Shown in pieces: positions 24,973 to 36,673 of a DNA stretch of 64,000 bases. The first letter of the stretch is position 1; every line of letters starts with the position of its first letter. Under the pieces are notes generated by a model. That model made no database searches. It had not been told where the DNA came from and saw nothing but the letters and a program-made list of their open reading frames with translations. The translations under genes and the position numbers were made by a program. Source of the stretch: an uncultured Spirochaetota bacterium (GTDB taxonomy: Bacteria; Spirochaetota; Spirochaetia; SZUA-6; Fen-1364); assembly GCA_963734545.1 (NCBI GenBank), contig CAVTHO010000008.1, positions 160,001 to 224,000 on the forward strand. The letters are read 5' to 3'.

Positions 24973-25118
24973 ATGCCGGCAAGGCGGAGTCAATGATCTG
25001 CAGTGTCGCCTCGTACGCGGGAGTGAGCATCTCCACGGTGTCACGCTTCGTCAACATCCCTGACAAGGTGAACGCCGAGGGGGCACCTCGCGAGGCAACA
25101 GGACGTGCGAGTCGTTGA
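24973..25118 (+). pseudogene. LacI helix-turn-helix-only remnant
   Basis: MPARR, then a frameshift, then MICSVASYAGVSISTVSRFVNIPDKVNAE. This parallels the N-terminus MPARAPTIYDVARKAGVSVSTVSRAVNAP of the LacI at 29389. Confidence 0.7.
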
Positions 25119-25204
25119 AAGAGGCATGACGTGTGCGAAGTGACCTTTCTCGCCCCCTCGGTGAGGGGGACGGTAACCATCACGATTCCTGAACGGAGGC
25201 TTCG

Positions 25205-26434
25205 ATGAAGAAACTCGTCCTGGCACTCGCGGCGCTCCTCGTGACCGCCGCTGTCTTCGCCCAGGGGATCACCCTGGCGCAGAACAAGCCCGAGATCGAC
25301 GCGGCCCTGAAGGCGTACGCGGCCGCGTGGTCCAAGGCGAACAACGTCCCCGTCACCATCAAGTCCGTGGGCGGCGGCACCGGCATGGACCTCGACAGCC
25401 AGCTGAAGGCCGACCTCGCCGCGGGCGACATGCCCGACATCTTCGCCATCAACGGCCTGGAGAACTACAAGGAGTGGGCGGACCTCGTCCTCGACCTCTC
25501 CGGCGAACGATGGGTCAAGAATACCTCGGTCGCGTTCAAGTACGAAGGCAAGGTGTACGGCTATCCTGTCGCGGTTGAGGGCTGGGGCATGGCGTACAAT
25601 GCCGACATCCTCAAGAAGGCCGGGGTCGATCCGAAGACCCTCGTCAATTACTCCGGCTACAAGGCCGCCTTCGAGAAGATCGACGCCCAGAAGGCCAAGC
25701 TCGGCATCAAGTCCGTGGTCTCCATGGCTGCCTCCCTCGACATGGGCTGGGTCACCGCCCACCACAACTTCAACTCCCTGCTCTCGAACGGCCTTCCCTA
25801 CGGCGACCTGTCCGTCGTGAACGACCTCCTCGCCGGCAAGGTCGACGCCAAGCGCCTCTCCGAGTACGCCGATTGGGTGGAGCTGCTCTTCAAGTACGCC
25901 GACAAGGCTGTCCTCACCACAGGCAATTATGACGCGCAGGTCGGCGCGTTCGCGTCCGGCCAGGCTGCCTTCCTCCACCAGGGCAACTGGATCGATCCCA
26001 ACATGGCCCAGGCCAAGGCGACTTTCCCCATGGCCTTTGCGCCCCACGGCTCCATGGCCAAGGCCACCAACGGCATCTTCGTGGCCGCCCCCTCGTTCTA
26101 TTGCATCAACAAGAACTCCAAGAACCTCGCGGCCGCGAAGAAGTTCCTGAACGACCTCGTCTTCACCGAGGCGGGCAACAAGTACATGGTCCTCGACGCG
26201 GGCTCCATCCCCGCCTTCTCGAACGTGAAGCTCAACCCGACCGGCCAGCTCTCCCGGTCCGTGCAGGCCTGGGCCGCTGCGGGCAAGATTTACAGCTGGA
26301 ACCAGTACTACTTCACAGAAGATTTCCGCAACAAGACGCTCGCGCCGATCTACAACCAGTTTGCAACCGGCGCCGTCACCAAGGCCCAGTTCATCGACCT
26401 CATGACGAAAGCCTTCCAGGGCCTCGCGAAGTAG
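25205..26434 (+). CDS. Carbohydrate ABC transporter substrate-binding protein (CUT1, MsmE-like)
   Basis: Signal peptide, QNKPEI, GDMPDIF, GKVYGYPVAVEGWGMAYN, HQGNW. Confidence 0.9.
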   Translation: MKKLVLALAALLVTAAVFAQGITLAQNKPEIDAALKAYAAAWSKANNVPVTIKSVGGGTGMDLDSQLKADLAAGDMPDIFAINGLENYKEWADLVLDLSGERWVKNTSVAFKYEGKVYGYPVAVEGWGMAYNADILKKAGVDPKTLVNYSGYKAAFEKIDAQKAKLGIKSVVSMAASLDMGWVTAHHNFNSLLSNGLPYGDLSVVNDLLAGKVDAKRLSEYADWVELLFKYADKAVLTTGNYDAQVGAFASGQAAFLHQGNWIDPNMAQAKATFPMAFAPHGSMAKATNGIFVAAPSFYCINKNSKNLAAAKKFLNDLVFTEAGNKYMVLDAGSIPAFSNVKLNPTGQLSRSVQAWAAAGKIYSWNQYYFTEDFRNKTLAPIYNQFATGAVTKAQFIDLMTKAFQGLAK

Positions 26435-26463
26435 GATCAGCCCCGCGCGGCCGGCTCCCCTCC

Positions 26464-26497
26464 GACCCGCTCTCTGGCCTTTGCCGGAGGGCGGGTC
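26464..26497 (+). other. Intergenic stem-loop after the binding-protein gene
   Basis: 15-bp stem gacccgctctctggc/gccggagggcgggtc (with G-U pairs), 4-nt loop, no U-tract. Likely a differential mRNA stability element. Confidence 0.55.
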
Positions 26498-26524
26498 TAT
26501 AGTACCGGGCAGGAGCGTCGATCG

Positions 26525-27439
26525 ATGCGGAAAACGAAACACCCCCCCGTCTTCTGGCTCTTTCTCACGCCCGTCATCCTGGCCTTTGCCCTCGTCATCG
26601 TCATCCCCTTCCTGCTCGGTGTGTACTATTCCTTCACGAACTGGTCGGCGACCGCCCGGCTGGGCGGCAGCCTCAAGGCGGTAGGCCTCAGGAACTTCGC
26701 CGGAATCCTGAAGGACCCCAGCTTCACCTACTCGTTCATCCTGACGGTCGTGTACACGGTGCTCAACATGATCGTCATCAACGTGGTCTCCTTCAGCCTT
26801 GCCATGCTCGTGACGCGAAAGCTCAAGGGACGCAACGTCTACCGCGCGGGCTTCTTCGTCCCCAACCTCATCGGCGGCCTGATCCTCGGGTACGTCTGGC
26901 AGTTCATTTTCAACAACGCCGTTCCGTCCTTGGGGACGATGATCGGCTTCGCATCCTGGGCTGACGCGGGGAATCTCCTGCTCGCAAAAAGCACCACGGC
27001 CACGATCGCCATGGTCCTCGTGGGAACCTGGCAGTACGCGGGCTACATCATGGTCATCTACGTGGCCGCGATCGAGAGCATCCCCCAGGAGCTCATCGAG
27101 GCGGCGCAGATCGACGGCGCCTCCCCCTTCCGCAGGCTGCGCGCGATCACGCTTCCGTTGACGCGGCAGGCATTCACGATCACCATCTTCCTGACGCTCG
27201 TGAACTCGTTCAAGCAGTTCGACGTCAACGTCTCCCTCACCGGCGGCGGCCCGTCGGCTATGTTCCTGGGCCAGCCGATCTACGGCACTCAGCTCCTTGC
27301 CATGAACATCTACAATCAGGGTTTCAAGTCGAACGACATGGCGGGCGGACAGGCCCGCGCCGTGGTCTTCTTCCTCGTCCTGGTGATCGTCTCCATCATC
27401 CAGGTCTCCGTCAACAAGAAGAGGGAGATCGAGCTGTGA
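26525..27439 (+). CDS. Carbohydrate ABC transporter permease
   Basis: EAA loop ELIEAAQIDGA and multiple TM segments. Confidence 0.93.
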   Translation: MRKTKHPPVFWLFLTPVILAFALVIVIPFLLGVYYSFTNWSATARLGGSLKAVGLRNFAGILKDPSFTYSFILTVVYTVLNMIVINVVSFSLAMLVTRKLKGRNVYRAGFFVPNLIGGLILGYVWQFIFNNAVPSLGTMIGFASWADAGNLLLAKSTTATIAMVLVGTWQYAGYIMVIYVAAIESIPQELIEAAQIDGASPFRRLRAITLPLTRQAFTITIFLTLVNSFKQFDVNVSLTGGGPSAMFLGQPIYGTQLLAMNIYNQGFKSNDMAGGQARAVVFFLVLVIVSIIQVSVNKKREIEL

Positions 27440-28296
27440 CAACGCGCCGCACGGCACGCCTGCTCGCCCCCGAGATCGTCGCCGTCGTCCTTTTCCTTCT
27501 CTTCCTCTTTCCCTTCCTCATCGTCGTCGTGAACTCGGCGAAGACGCCGTTCGAGATTACTCAGAATCCGCTCACCCTTCCCGCCGACTGGGGGAAGATC
27601 CTGCAGAACATGGTGACCATCTGGACCAGCGTCAACGTGCAGTACTCCTCCTCGTTCCTCAGTTCGGTCATCATCACCGTGGCGTCCCTCCTCCTCCTCA
27701 ACGTCCTGTCTTCGCAGGCGGCCTGGGTCCTCGTACGGACCAAGACCAGGCTCTCAATGGGCATTTTCATCATCTTCGTCGCTGCGATGGTCATCCCCTT
27801 CCAGATCGTCATGTTCCCCCTGCTCACCTGGTTCCGCGAGATCACGGCTCTCACGGGAGTGAGGCTCCTGCGGTCTTTCACTGGGATCATCCTTGCGTAC
27901 ATCGGTTTCGGCATGTCCCAGTCGATCTTCCTCTTCCACGGCTTCATCAAGAGCATTCCGCTGGAGCTCGAGGAAGCCGCGCTCATCGACGGCTGCCGGC
28001 CCGTGCAGACCTTCTACCGGATCATCTTCCCCATCCTGAGGCCCATCCACGCCACCGTCCTCGTGCTGAACGGCATCTGGATCTGGAACGATTACCTGCT
28101 CCCGCTCCTCATCCTCGGGAAGGGCAACAAGGTGATGACCATCCCCCTGGCCGTCTCCAACTTCGCCGGGGCCTACGTGAAGCAGTGGGACCTCATTCTC
28201 ACGGCCATCCTCATGGCGATGATCCCCATCGTCATCTTCTTCCTCGTTGCCCAGAAGTACATCATCAAGGGGATGGTAGCCGGCTCCATCAAGTGA
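27436..28296 (+). CDS. Carbohydrate ABC transporter permease
   Basis: ELEEAALIDGC, WNDYLLP, QKYIIKG. Confidence 0.93.
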   Translation: MTTRRTARLLAPEIVAVVLFLLFLFPFLIVVVNSAKTPFEITQNPLTLPADWGKILQNMVTIWTSVNVQYSSSFLSSVIITVASLLLLNVLSSQAAWVLVRTKTRLSMGIFIIFVAAMVIPFQIVMFPLLTWFREITALTGVRLLRSFTGIILAYIGFGMSQSIFLFHGFIKSIPLELEEAALIDGCRPVQTFYRIIFPILRPIHATVLVLNGIWIWNDYLLPLLILGKGNKVMTIPLAVSNFAGAYVKQWDLILTAILMAMIPIVIFFLVAQKYIIKGMVAGSIK

Positions 28297-28387
28297 CGGG
28301 AGGCGGGGGACCCGGATGAGCGACGAGCGGCGAAGATGATCGGGGCTTGATCGGCATCCTCTTCCGTCTTGCAGGTCGCGCGCCGCG

Positions 28388-29389
28388 CTAGGTCGTGAGG
28401 CGTTCGATCAGTTTGAGCTGCAGCCGTGTGCTCTGCAGGGGCCGGCCGCGGTCGGAGATGCGGGACATCAGCATCTCGGCGGCGAGGCGGCCGGACTCGT
28501 CCAGGCGCTGGTCAATCGTGGTCAATCCCAGATAATCGGCGAGATCGGTGCCGTCGAAGCCGATGATCGACAAATCCTCCGGCACGCGCATCCCTCTGGC
28601 GTGCGCAGCGCGGAGAACGTCGGCGGCGTGGAGGTCCGAGTAGGCAAAAAGCGCGTCGGGAAGGGGCGAGCGGCTGAAAAGAGCCTCTACCTGCCGCACG
28701 ACGCCTTTCCGGCTGTAAGGCTCGCGACTGACATATTCACCCGGCAGATCGAGGCCCGCCTCCTGGAGGCCCTGGCGGAACCCTTCCAGGCGGAGGTCGC
28801 TCAGGTGGATGATGTGCTCTGGAACGCCCACTTCGCCGACATACGCGCATCGTCGGCGGCCCTTCTCCGTAAAGTGGCGCGCCGCCATTCTCCCGCCTTC
28901 GAGGTTGTCGATCTCGATCGAACAGAACTGGGCATGCGCGAACTCCACGCACACGATTTCCAGCGAGTGCGTCTGCAGGTGACGCGTCTGGGCGTCGGAG
29001 AAAGGCATCGACATCACGATCAGGCCGTCCAGCCGACGCCACAGGGGAAGCACGTCGAGGTACTCGTCCAGCTGGACCCGGGAGCCGACCGTGTAGACGA
29101 CAAACTCGAACTTCGTTGCCGAAAGGGCCGAGGCCACGCCGCGCATTCTCTGCACGAACGACGGCGAAGTGAAAAACGGGAGGAGGACGCCGATGCTCCC
29201 GACGTGCTTCCGCGCCAGGGCGCTGGCCTCCGCCTTGGGTACGAACTTGAGCTGTTCAACGGCGTGCATGACCCTTCGGCGGGTCTCTTCCTGAACCAGG
29301 TGCGGCGCATTGACGGCACGCGAAACGGTGGACACGCTGACGCCTGCCTTTCTGGCGACGTCGTAAATGGTGGGTGCGCGCGCGGGCAT
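28388..29389 (-). CDS. LacI family transcriptional regulator
   Basis: TIYDVARKAGVSVSTVSR, VPEDLSIIGFD, LTTIDQ. Confidence 0.95.
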   Translation of the reverse strand: MPARAPTIYDVARKAGVSVSTVSRAVNAPHLVQEETRRRVMHAVEQLKFVPKAEASALARKHVGSIGVLLPFFTSPSFVQRMRGVASALSATKFEFVVYTVGSRVQLDEYLDVLPLWRRLDGLIVMSMPFSDAQTRHLQTHSLEIVCVEFAHAQFCSIEIDNLEGGRMAARHFTEKGRRRCAYVGEVGVPEHIIHLSDLRLEGFRQGLQEAGLDLPGEYVSREPYSRKGVVRQVEALFSRSPLPDALFAYSDLHAADVLRAAHARGMRVPEDLSIIGFDGTDLADYLGLTTIDQRLDESGRLAAEMLMSRISDRGRPLQSTRLQLKLIERLTT

Positions 29390-29553
29390 GACTGTTCTCC
29401 TACGTCAGAAAGGCTCACCCGGCGGCTTCTGTCAAGTCTCGAAGGCATGCCTCGTCCAGCACAATCTTTCCGGCGTCGAGGTTTTCCCGCAGGTGCTTCA
29501 CTGTGCTCGCCGCCACAAGAGGAATAAGCGGCCGCCCATGCTATAATTCCGCC

Positions 29554-30918
29554 ATGGGATTTGCCCTACAAAGTGCGCGGGCCGCCAGGACAAGGGCTCC
29601 GGCCCGGCTTGCTCTCGCCTTCGGTCTTTCCTGCTGCCTGGCCGCCTGCGGGGCCTGGAAGGGCCCGTCTCCCGCGACCAGCCTGCCCCGGAAGATCCAG
29701 GTCATGGCGTCAGACGGCTGGATCTACGACGTCATGGGAGAAAACGCGAAGCTGTTCGAGAAGGAGACCGGCATCAAGGTCTCCTTCACGATCTACGCGC
29801 CGCACGTGTACTTCCGGGCGCTCCAGACGATGCTCGCCTCCGGGGAAGCCGCCGACATCTTTCTCATGCAGTCCACGCGGTGGTACCTCGGGCAGCGAGA
29901 TCGACCCGGAAAAGTCGTGCATCGACCTGACGGCGGAGGAATGGACGAAACGCCTGAAGCCGGAATGGCTTCCCGCCGTCTCGTACAAGGGCCGCGTCTA
30001 CGGCCTGATCGTCTGGGACGATACCCTGGGATGGGTCTACACCTACAACGACAAGATCTTCCGGCGGCTGGGCCTCTCCGCGCCGCGGACGTACGAGGAG
30101 TTCGTGGCGGTCTGCGAGCGGATCAAGCAGGCCGGCATCGTGCCCATCTACGAGCCCGGGGCCAGCCGCTGGCACACGTCCCTCACGTTCTTCGAGATGG
30201 GCTCCACGTTCGAGCAGCGCGACCCCGGCCTCTATGAGCGGCTCAACACGAACCGGCTGAAGTTCGCCGACTACGAGCCGTTCCGCCGGGCGCTCGGACC
30301 AGATCCTGTCCGCGGCCAACCGCGGGTTCTTCGGCAGCGACTTCATGGCCAACACGATCGAGGGATCGAAGACGGCGCTGATCTCGGGGGCCGCGGCGAT
30401 GACGCTGAACAAGATCGGGTTCGCCCGAAGCGTGCTGAAGACCAACCCCGATTCCGGCGCGCAGAACTGGGGGATGTTCCCCATCCCCTGGCTGGACAAC
30501 CGCACGGTGAGCATCGAGCGCTCCGCCCCCACCTGGTTCGGCAACGCGAAAAGCCGGGACCGCGCGGCGGTGCTCGAGTTCTTCCGATTCCTGACCCGGG
30601 AAGACAACCTCTACCGCTACGCCGCCGGCCAGCCCGAGGGCACCAGCCTGTCCTTCCCCACCCGGCCCGTTCCCCTGCTGCCCAACGAGCAGTCGTTCCT
30701 CGGCTCCGCGCGGCTCGGGGGAGAGCCGTTCCAGGGCGGGGTCAAGTACATCATGGCGCAGTGGATGGAGATCGAGGCCGACTTCGAGTCCATGCTGGTC
30801 GGCGCACTGAGCCCGCGAGCGGTTTCTCTCCGGCGTGGACACGCGGCGGGCCAACATCGCCACGGCCGCCCGGGACCCCGCGTGGCCGCGGCCTACGGCC
30901 GAGCCATCGAGTCCCTGA
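29554..30918 (+). CDS. Extracellular solute-binding lipoprotein, probable sensor accessory, frameshifted
   Basis: Lipobox-like LAAC, FEKETGIKV, YKGRVYGL, YNDKIF, PRTYEEF. Convergent with the response regulator. Extended -10 TGCTATAAT lies 6 nt before the ATG. Confidence 0.75.
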
Positions 30919-31664
30919 ACGCGGAGGGGTTCTTGCCCGTCTCCTTCTTGAACAACCGGGAGAAGTACAGCGCATCCTCGTAGCCCACCGCGGCGGCGAC
31001 CTGTTTGATCTCCATCTGCGGATGTCCCACGAGCAGGCGCTTGGCCTTCTCGATGCGGAGACGGATCAGGTCCTGCGTGGGGGTGCCTCCCTTGATCCGG
31101 CGGTACAGCCGCAGGAGGTAGGCGGCCTTGCAGCCGAACGACGGCGGCCAGGCGCTCGAGGGAGTACGGCTGGCGGTAGTTCTCCTTGAGATACAGCTCG
31201 ACGGCGTTCGCCAGTTCCTCCTCCCGGGATCCGATCCGGTCCAGCCCGAACTCGGCGTCGATCGGCTCCGGCGCAGTGCTTCCAGTCGGATGCGGATCCG
31301 GCGCAGCGTTTCCCGAAAGGCCTGCACGTCGATGGGCTTCAGCAAGTACTCGTCCACGCCCAGCTCGATCGCCCGCTTGGCGTACTCGAACTCGCTGTAG
31401 CCGGAGACGATGAGGATCCGCAGGTCGGGGTTCGTGCGGCGCAGGCGCTGGATCAGCTCCAGCCCCCCGAGCACCGGCATCTTGATGTCGGTGATCAGCA
31501 GGTCGGGCAGGTGGCGCTCCGCCAGCTCCACGGCCTCTTCGCCGTCCGCCGCCGTGCCCGACGCATTCCAGCGCCGGGTCCAGCTCCGTGGTCTTGCGCG
31601 CCAGGTACTCCCTCATTCGTTCCTCGTCCTCGGCGACGACGAAGGTGAGCTTCCTCTCAGCCAT
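30893..31664 (-). CDS. Response regulator with AraC HTH (YesN-like), frameshifted
   Basis: VVAEDE, PDLLITDIKMP, SGYSEFEYA, YLLKP, VGYEDALYFSRLFKK. Confidence 0.92.
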
Positions 31665-33479
31665 GGAGCCCGGCCCCCATCGCGATGCGCGCGCCGCCGT
31701 CGGGACGGTTGGTGATCTCGAATGCCGCCTCGTCCCCGAAGGCGAGCCGCAATCTTTCGCAGGAATTGACGATTCCCATTCCCGAGATCGACATCGGGGA
31801 CAGGCCGCTCCCGCCTGCCGGCGGGCGGCAAGCCGCTCGGAGATGCGGGCCAGGGTTTCCGCCGCGAACCCGGGCCCGTTGTCGAGGATCTCCATGGCAC
31901 CACCGTCCGTCCACGCAGTTCCCGCGAATCTCGATGCGCCAGGGAGGACGCGCGGTGGTTCCGTACTTGAAGCAGTTCTCGATGAACGGCTGGAGAATCA
32001 GGCGGGGAACGACGACCTGCCTCATCTCGGGACGGACGTCGATCACGTACTCGAGGCTGTCGCCGAATCTCGCCCTCATGCCGGCGAGGTAGCTCTCCGC
32101 GTACTCGATCTCCGTTCCCAGCGTCGCCGTCGTTGCCTCCGTGGAAGAGACGTAGCGGAGCATCCGGGCGAGATTCAGGATCAGCTCCTGGATGGCCGCC
32201 GGGGACCCTTCCTCCGCCATGATGCCGATGGTCTGCAGCATGTTGTGGATGAAGTGCGGGTTCAGCTGCGACTGCAGCGCCACGAGCTGGGCCTCCTTCT
32301 CGTGCGCGCGCAGCGACACGGCCTCCTGGATGGATTCGTTGAGCTTCAGCCGCATGTCCCGGAAGGCCAGGCGCAGCTCGTCGATCTCCCCAAGGTCGGT
32401 CTTGTGGGTCCCGGCGCCGATCTCGTCGAGGTTTCCCAGGTCCAGCGCCTCGATCTCGGCGTGCAGCGCCTTGAGCGGGCACCGTCACGCGGCGGGCGAT
32501 GAAGTAGGAGGCCGCCAGGGAGCAGGTGATGGCGATCAGGGCCAGGAGCGCGATCCGCACCGCGTACTGAAGGACGCTCGCCGTCAGGCCGCCGGTAGGC
32601 TCGCCGATCAGGAGGGTCCAGCCCGTGTCCCTCGAGGTGGCGATCGCAAAGATCTGCGGCTCGCGCTTCCCCGGGAGGACGCCGGTCACGATCGGGCGCG
32701 CGCGCCGCCTGGTCGGCCAGCCGGCGGAAGAGGGCGGGATCGGCGGGGGAGCCGTCATAGGGGTAGAGCTGGTTCCAGGCGCCGTCGAAGAGAAAGAACG
32801 AGCCGGAAGTGCCGTTCAGCAGATCGAGCTCGCTGAACAGCGCGTCGCAGTACTGCTCGACCTCGACGATCCCCTGCGTGGACAGGAGCGCGTCCTGGAA
32901 CGTCCTCACCAGGGACACGTAGCGCTTGTCCTTGACGATGATCGACGTCTGCTCCAGGAGCGGATCCATGTGCGGGGGAAGGATCACGCGGTCTCCGCCC
33001 GCCCCCATGACCGCCGCGTACCACGGTTCGCGTCTTCACGTCCCGCTCGATGAGGCGGCTGTAGTAGCCGGCGCCGATCATCTCGCCCCGAAGATCGAAG
33101 ACGTTGGCCTGCGGCGCGGAGCGGTTGGGGCCGAGAATCGTCTCGCTGATCTCGATCAGCGCCTCCGTGTTCTCCAGCCTGGCGATTCTCTGCTCGGCCG
33201 AGGCCGGGGCTGCGCGGAAGGGCAAGGTGGCGCGCGTACAGGCCCTGGAAGACCCGGGAATAGATGATCGTCAGGCTCAGCCGGTTCATCTCGGCCACCT
33301 GGGCATCCAGGTTCGTCATGACGGAGCGCGACAGCGTGTTCAGCGCTTCGGCAAAGCGGTCCCGCGCCACGCCGGAGGCGTAGTCGTACACCACCAGGGA
33401 GAAGGCCGACGAGCACGCACACCAGGAGCAGCGAGACGGCGAGAAAGACCGATCCCTGGACCGTTCGACGGCGCGACAC
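31657..33479 (-). CDS. Sensor histidine kinase (YesM/LytS type), frameshifted
   Basis: LQSQLNPHFIHNML, EIEYAESYL, LQPFIENCFKYG, DNGPG, GMGIVN. N-terminal TM, Cache-like and HAMP regions. Confidence 0.9.
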
Positions 33480-33592
33480 GGGGGCATGATACCACGGAAT
33501 TTATTCCATGTTCCCGCGCAATCCAGTCCATTTACGGCCCCCGAGGCCGCCCTGATACTGCCAGTGAACTCATACGCTCGAAGGAGGCACTC

Positions 33593-34884
33593 ATGATCAA
33601 ACGATCGATTCTCTGTCTCGTTCTGGCGGCCGCTTGCGCGGCCCTCGGCTTCGCTGCGCCAGCGAGGCGGCCTCGGGGCCGGTGACGCTCACCGTCTGGG
33701 ACTTCAAGTACAGCGAGGTCGAACCGGGCGGCGCGCAGGCGCCCATGAAGCAGATCGACGCGCTGTTCCAGCAGAAGAACCCCGGCGTCACGATCAACCA
33801 CGTGGCGCAGCCCGCTGGAGCCCCAGTACTACCAGATCATCCAGGCAGCGGCCACCGCGAACCAGGGACCGGACGTGGCCATGTTCCACCCCGGCGCCCG
33901 CGAGTACGGGTTTGGCGACATCCTCGTCGACCTGACCCCGTACATCCAGGACGTGAAGAACCAGTTCACGGCCGCGAGCATCGCGATGGTCTCCATGGAC
34001 GGCAAGGTCGGCGCGCCGATCAAGCTCCTGCCCCTGACCATGCAGGGCTTCGGCATCTACTACAACAAGGCCTACTTCAAGAAGGCCGGCCTGGATCCCG
34101 AGCAGGCCCCCAAGACCGCGGCGCAGTTCCTGGCCGCCTGTGAGAAGCTGAAGGCGGCCGGGATCGTTCCCATCACCGTCGGCCAGACCTACACGATCGA
34201 CTTCCTCCTTCGCTGCCTCGTGGCAAACGCCTACGGACCGAACGTCGCCGGCCTCAAGGATGGCTCCGCAGAAGTACACGGACCCCCTGTTCAAGGAGAG
34301 CGTGGAGTTCGTCAAGACGCTCGTGGACAAGGGGTACCTGGAGAAGGACGGCTTCTCCCGGCCGTATTTCATGGACGGGATCGACAAGTTCGCCGCCGGG
34401 AACGGCGGAATGTTCGTCGGGCTCCTGTCGGACGTCGGCAACTGGAAGAGCGTTCTCCGACAAGCTGGGCGCCAACAACATCGGCTACTTCCCCACCATC
34501 AACTTCCCCGACAGCAAGTACAAGGACCAGCAGGTGGCCCAGGGCGCGGGGATCGGCTACGGCGTCATGACGTGGTCGAAGAACCAGAAGCTGGCCGCCG
34601 CGTACGTCAAGTTCGCCACCACCGGAGAGGGAGCGGGCATCTACGCCAGCACGACCGGCGCCCTGTCCCCCAACACGGCGGTGAGCGGCTCCGACGCGGC
34701 CTACCCGGCGCTCAAGATCATCCAGCAGTACCTCAAGGGCGGCCTGGCCCTGGACTACCTCCCGATGTTCTACAACGGGTACGAGGATGACTACGAACCG
34801 GCTCTGAACGACCGGCTGTTCGTGACGGGCGAGCTCACCATGGACCAGTACATCGCCGAGTACCAGAAGCTCATCACGAAATAG
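33593..34884 (+). CDS. Carbohydrate ABC substrate-binding protein, frameshifted
   Basis: AAGGAGG SD, signal peptide, VTLTVWD, GIYYNKAYFKKAGLD. Confidence 0.85.
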
Positions 34885-34899
34885 CACTCCACGTCGGAG

Positions 34900-34933
34900 G
34901 GACGGGGCGCGAGCCCCGTCCTTTCTATTCTTT
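34900..34933 (+). terminator. Hairpin with GNRA loop between binding-protein and permease genes
   Basis: ggacggggc-gcga-gccccgtcc followed by tttctattcttt. Confidence 0.6.
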
Positions 34934-34950
34934 CCCACGGAGCATCTGCC

Positions 34951-35830
34951 ATGCGTCATCGAAGGCTCGAACAGAGACGGAATCGCCCCCTACCTCTTCC
35001 TGTCGCCGCTGCTGGTGCTCCTTGCCGCGTTCATCCTCTATCCCGTCGTCATGAACCTGGTCGCGAGCTTCACGGAGTGGAAGGGATATGGACCCATGAA
35101 ATGGATCGGCCTGTCCAACTACCGCGTCCATGCTCAGCCGACCAGGCGTTCTGGACGTCCATCCGGAACACCGCCATCCTCGTCTGCTACATCCCGCTCA
35201 GCGTGGCGATCACGGTGTTCGTCTCCGCGCTCCTGCGCGAAGGGCTGCGAGGTTGGCAGGTCTACCGTGCCATCCTCTACATCCCGAACCTCCTGGGACT
35301 GGTCATCATCGGCGTGGTCTTCTCGATCTATCTCCGCGACGACGGTCCGCTGAACCTCGCGCTCAAGTGGGCCGGCGGCTCGACCGTGCGATTCATGACC
35401 TCCCCGTGGCTGGCCCTCAACTCCATTGCCATCATCAAGGTCGTCTGGGTCCACCTCGGCTTCGGCCTCATCTACTTCCTGGCCGCCATGAACGGCATCG
35501 AGCCAGGGAGTCTACGAGGCGGCGATCATCGACGGCGCGGGCTTCTTCCAGACGTTCTGGCGCGTCACCGTGCCGAGCATCCGCTTTGCCATCGAGTTCT
35601 GGGTGGTGTTCAACTTCATCGAGGTGTTCGCCCGCATGTTCAGCCTCATCTACACCCTCACCCAGGGCGGACCCGGATATGCCACGTTCACCCTGGAGTA
35701 CGGGATCTTCGTCCAGGGATTCGCGAAGTTCCGCGTCGGGTACTCCAGCGCGTGGTCCACGGTCCTGTTCCTCTTCTGCGCCGTCATTTCCGTCGCGCAG
35801 ATCCGCCTGATGCGGCGGAGGAGCGCATGA
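34951..35830 (+). CDS. Carbohydrate ABC permease, frameshifted
   Basis: SFTEWKG, FWTSIRNT, YEAAIIDGA, TQGGPG. Confidence 0.88.
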
Positions 35831-36668
35831 GAAAGGCCTCTTCCATCGGCGCCGGGTGGCGCGTGCTCGTCCAGGTCTTCCTGATCGCGCTGGTCGTCGC
35901 CTCGCTCCTCCCGCTGTACAACGTGATTGCCGCCAGCTTCAAGTCCGCGGACGAGTTCGTGATGAACCCCTTCTTTCCGCCGCAAGTCGCCCACTACGGA
36001 CAACTACGTCTACGCCGCCGTCAGCGCGCGGCTGCTGCGCTTCGCGGTCAACAGCCTCATCCTCGTGCCGCTGGGTCTGCTGCTGTACCTGGCGGTATGC
36101 ATCTCGGCGGGCTACGCGTTCGGCAAGATGCGATTCCGCCTCAGGCTGCCCCTGTTCCTCCTCGTGCTCTTTCTCACGATCTTCCCGCAGCTCCTCCTGG
36201 CGACCCAGGTGTTCAAGCTGATCTCCCTGCTGCACCTGACCAATACCGCGTCCGGCGTCATCCTCACGTGGGTGGCCTACTTCGCGCCGTTCGGCACCTA
36301 CATCATGACCACGTATTTCGCCGACATGCCCTACGAGCTGGTGGAGGCCGCGCGCATGGATGGCGCCTCCCCGCTGCGGATCCTCGTGCAGGTGATGACA
36401 CCCCTGGCCGCGCCGATGATCGCAACCGTCGCCATCATCGGGTTCCAGTCCATGTGGAACGAGCTGCCGTTTTCCCTGCTGATCCTGCAGGACCAGGGCT
36501 CGCGGACGCTCACGCTCGGCATCGCCATGATGAGGGGGGAGTACGGCCTTCGGCGTGCCGATCCTGAGCGCGGCCGTTGTCATCGCCATGGCGGTGCCCC
36601 TGGTCATCTTTCTCATCTTCCAGCGCCGCATCACGCTCGGAGCCACGGCCGGCGCCATCAAGGGGTGA
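35827..36668 (+). CDS. Carbohydrate ABC permease, frameshifted
   Basis: ELVEAARMDGAS, WNELPF, C-terminal GATAGAIKG*. Confidence 0.88.
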
Positions 36669-36673
36669 TACCG

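Noticed and set aside
24959-27457. 832-aa minus-strand ORF and many other long overlapping ORFs (e.g. 57460-59262, 58757-60439, 40613-42289)
   Set aside because: These are antisense shadows of real genes, expected at high GC3, with no motifs of their own.
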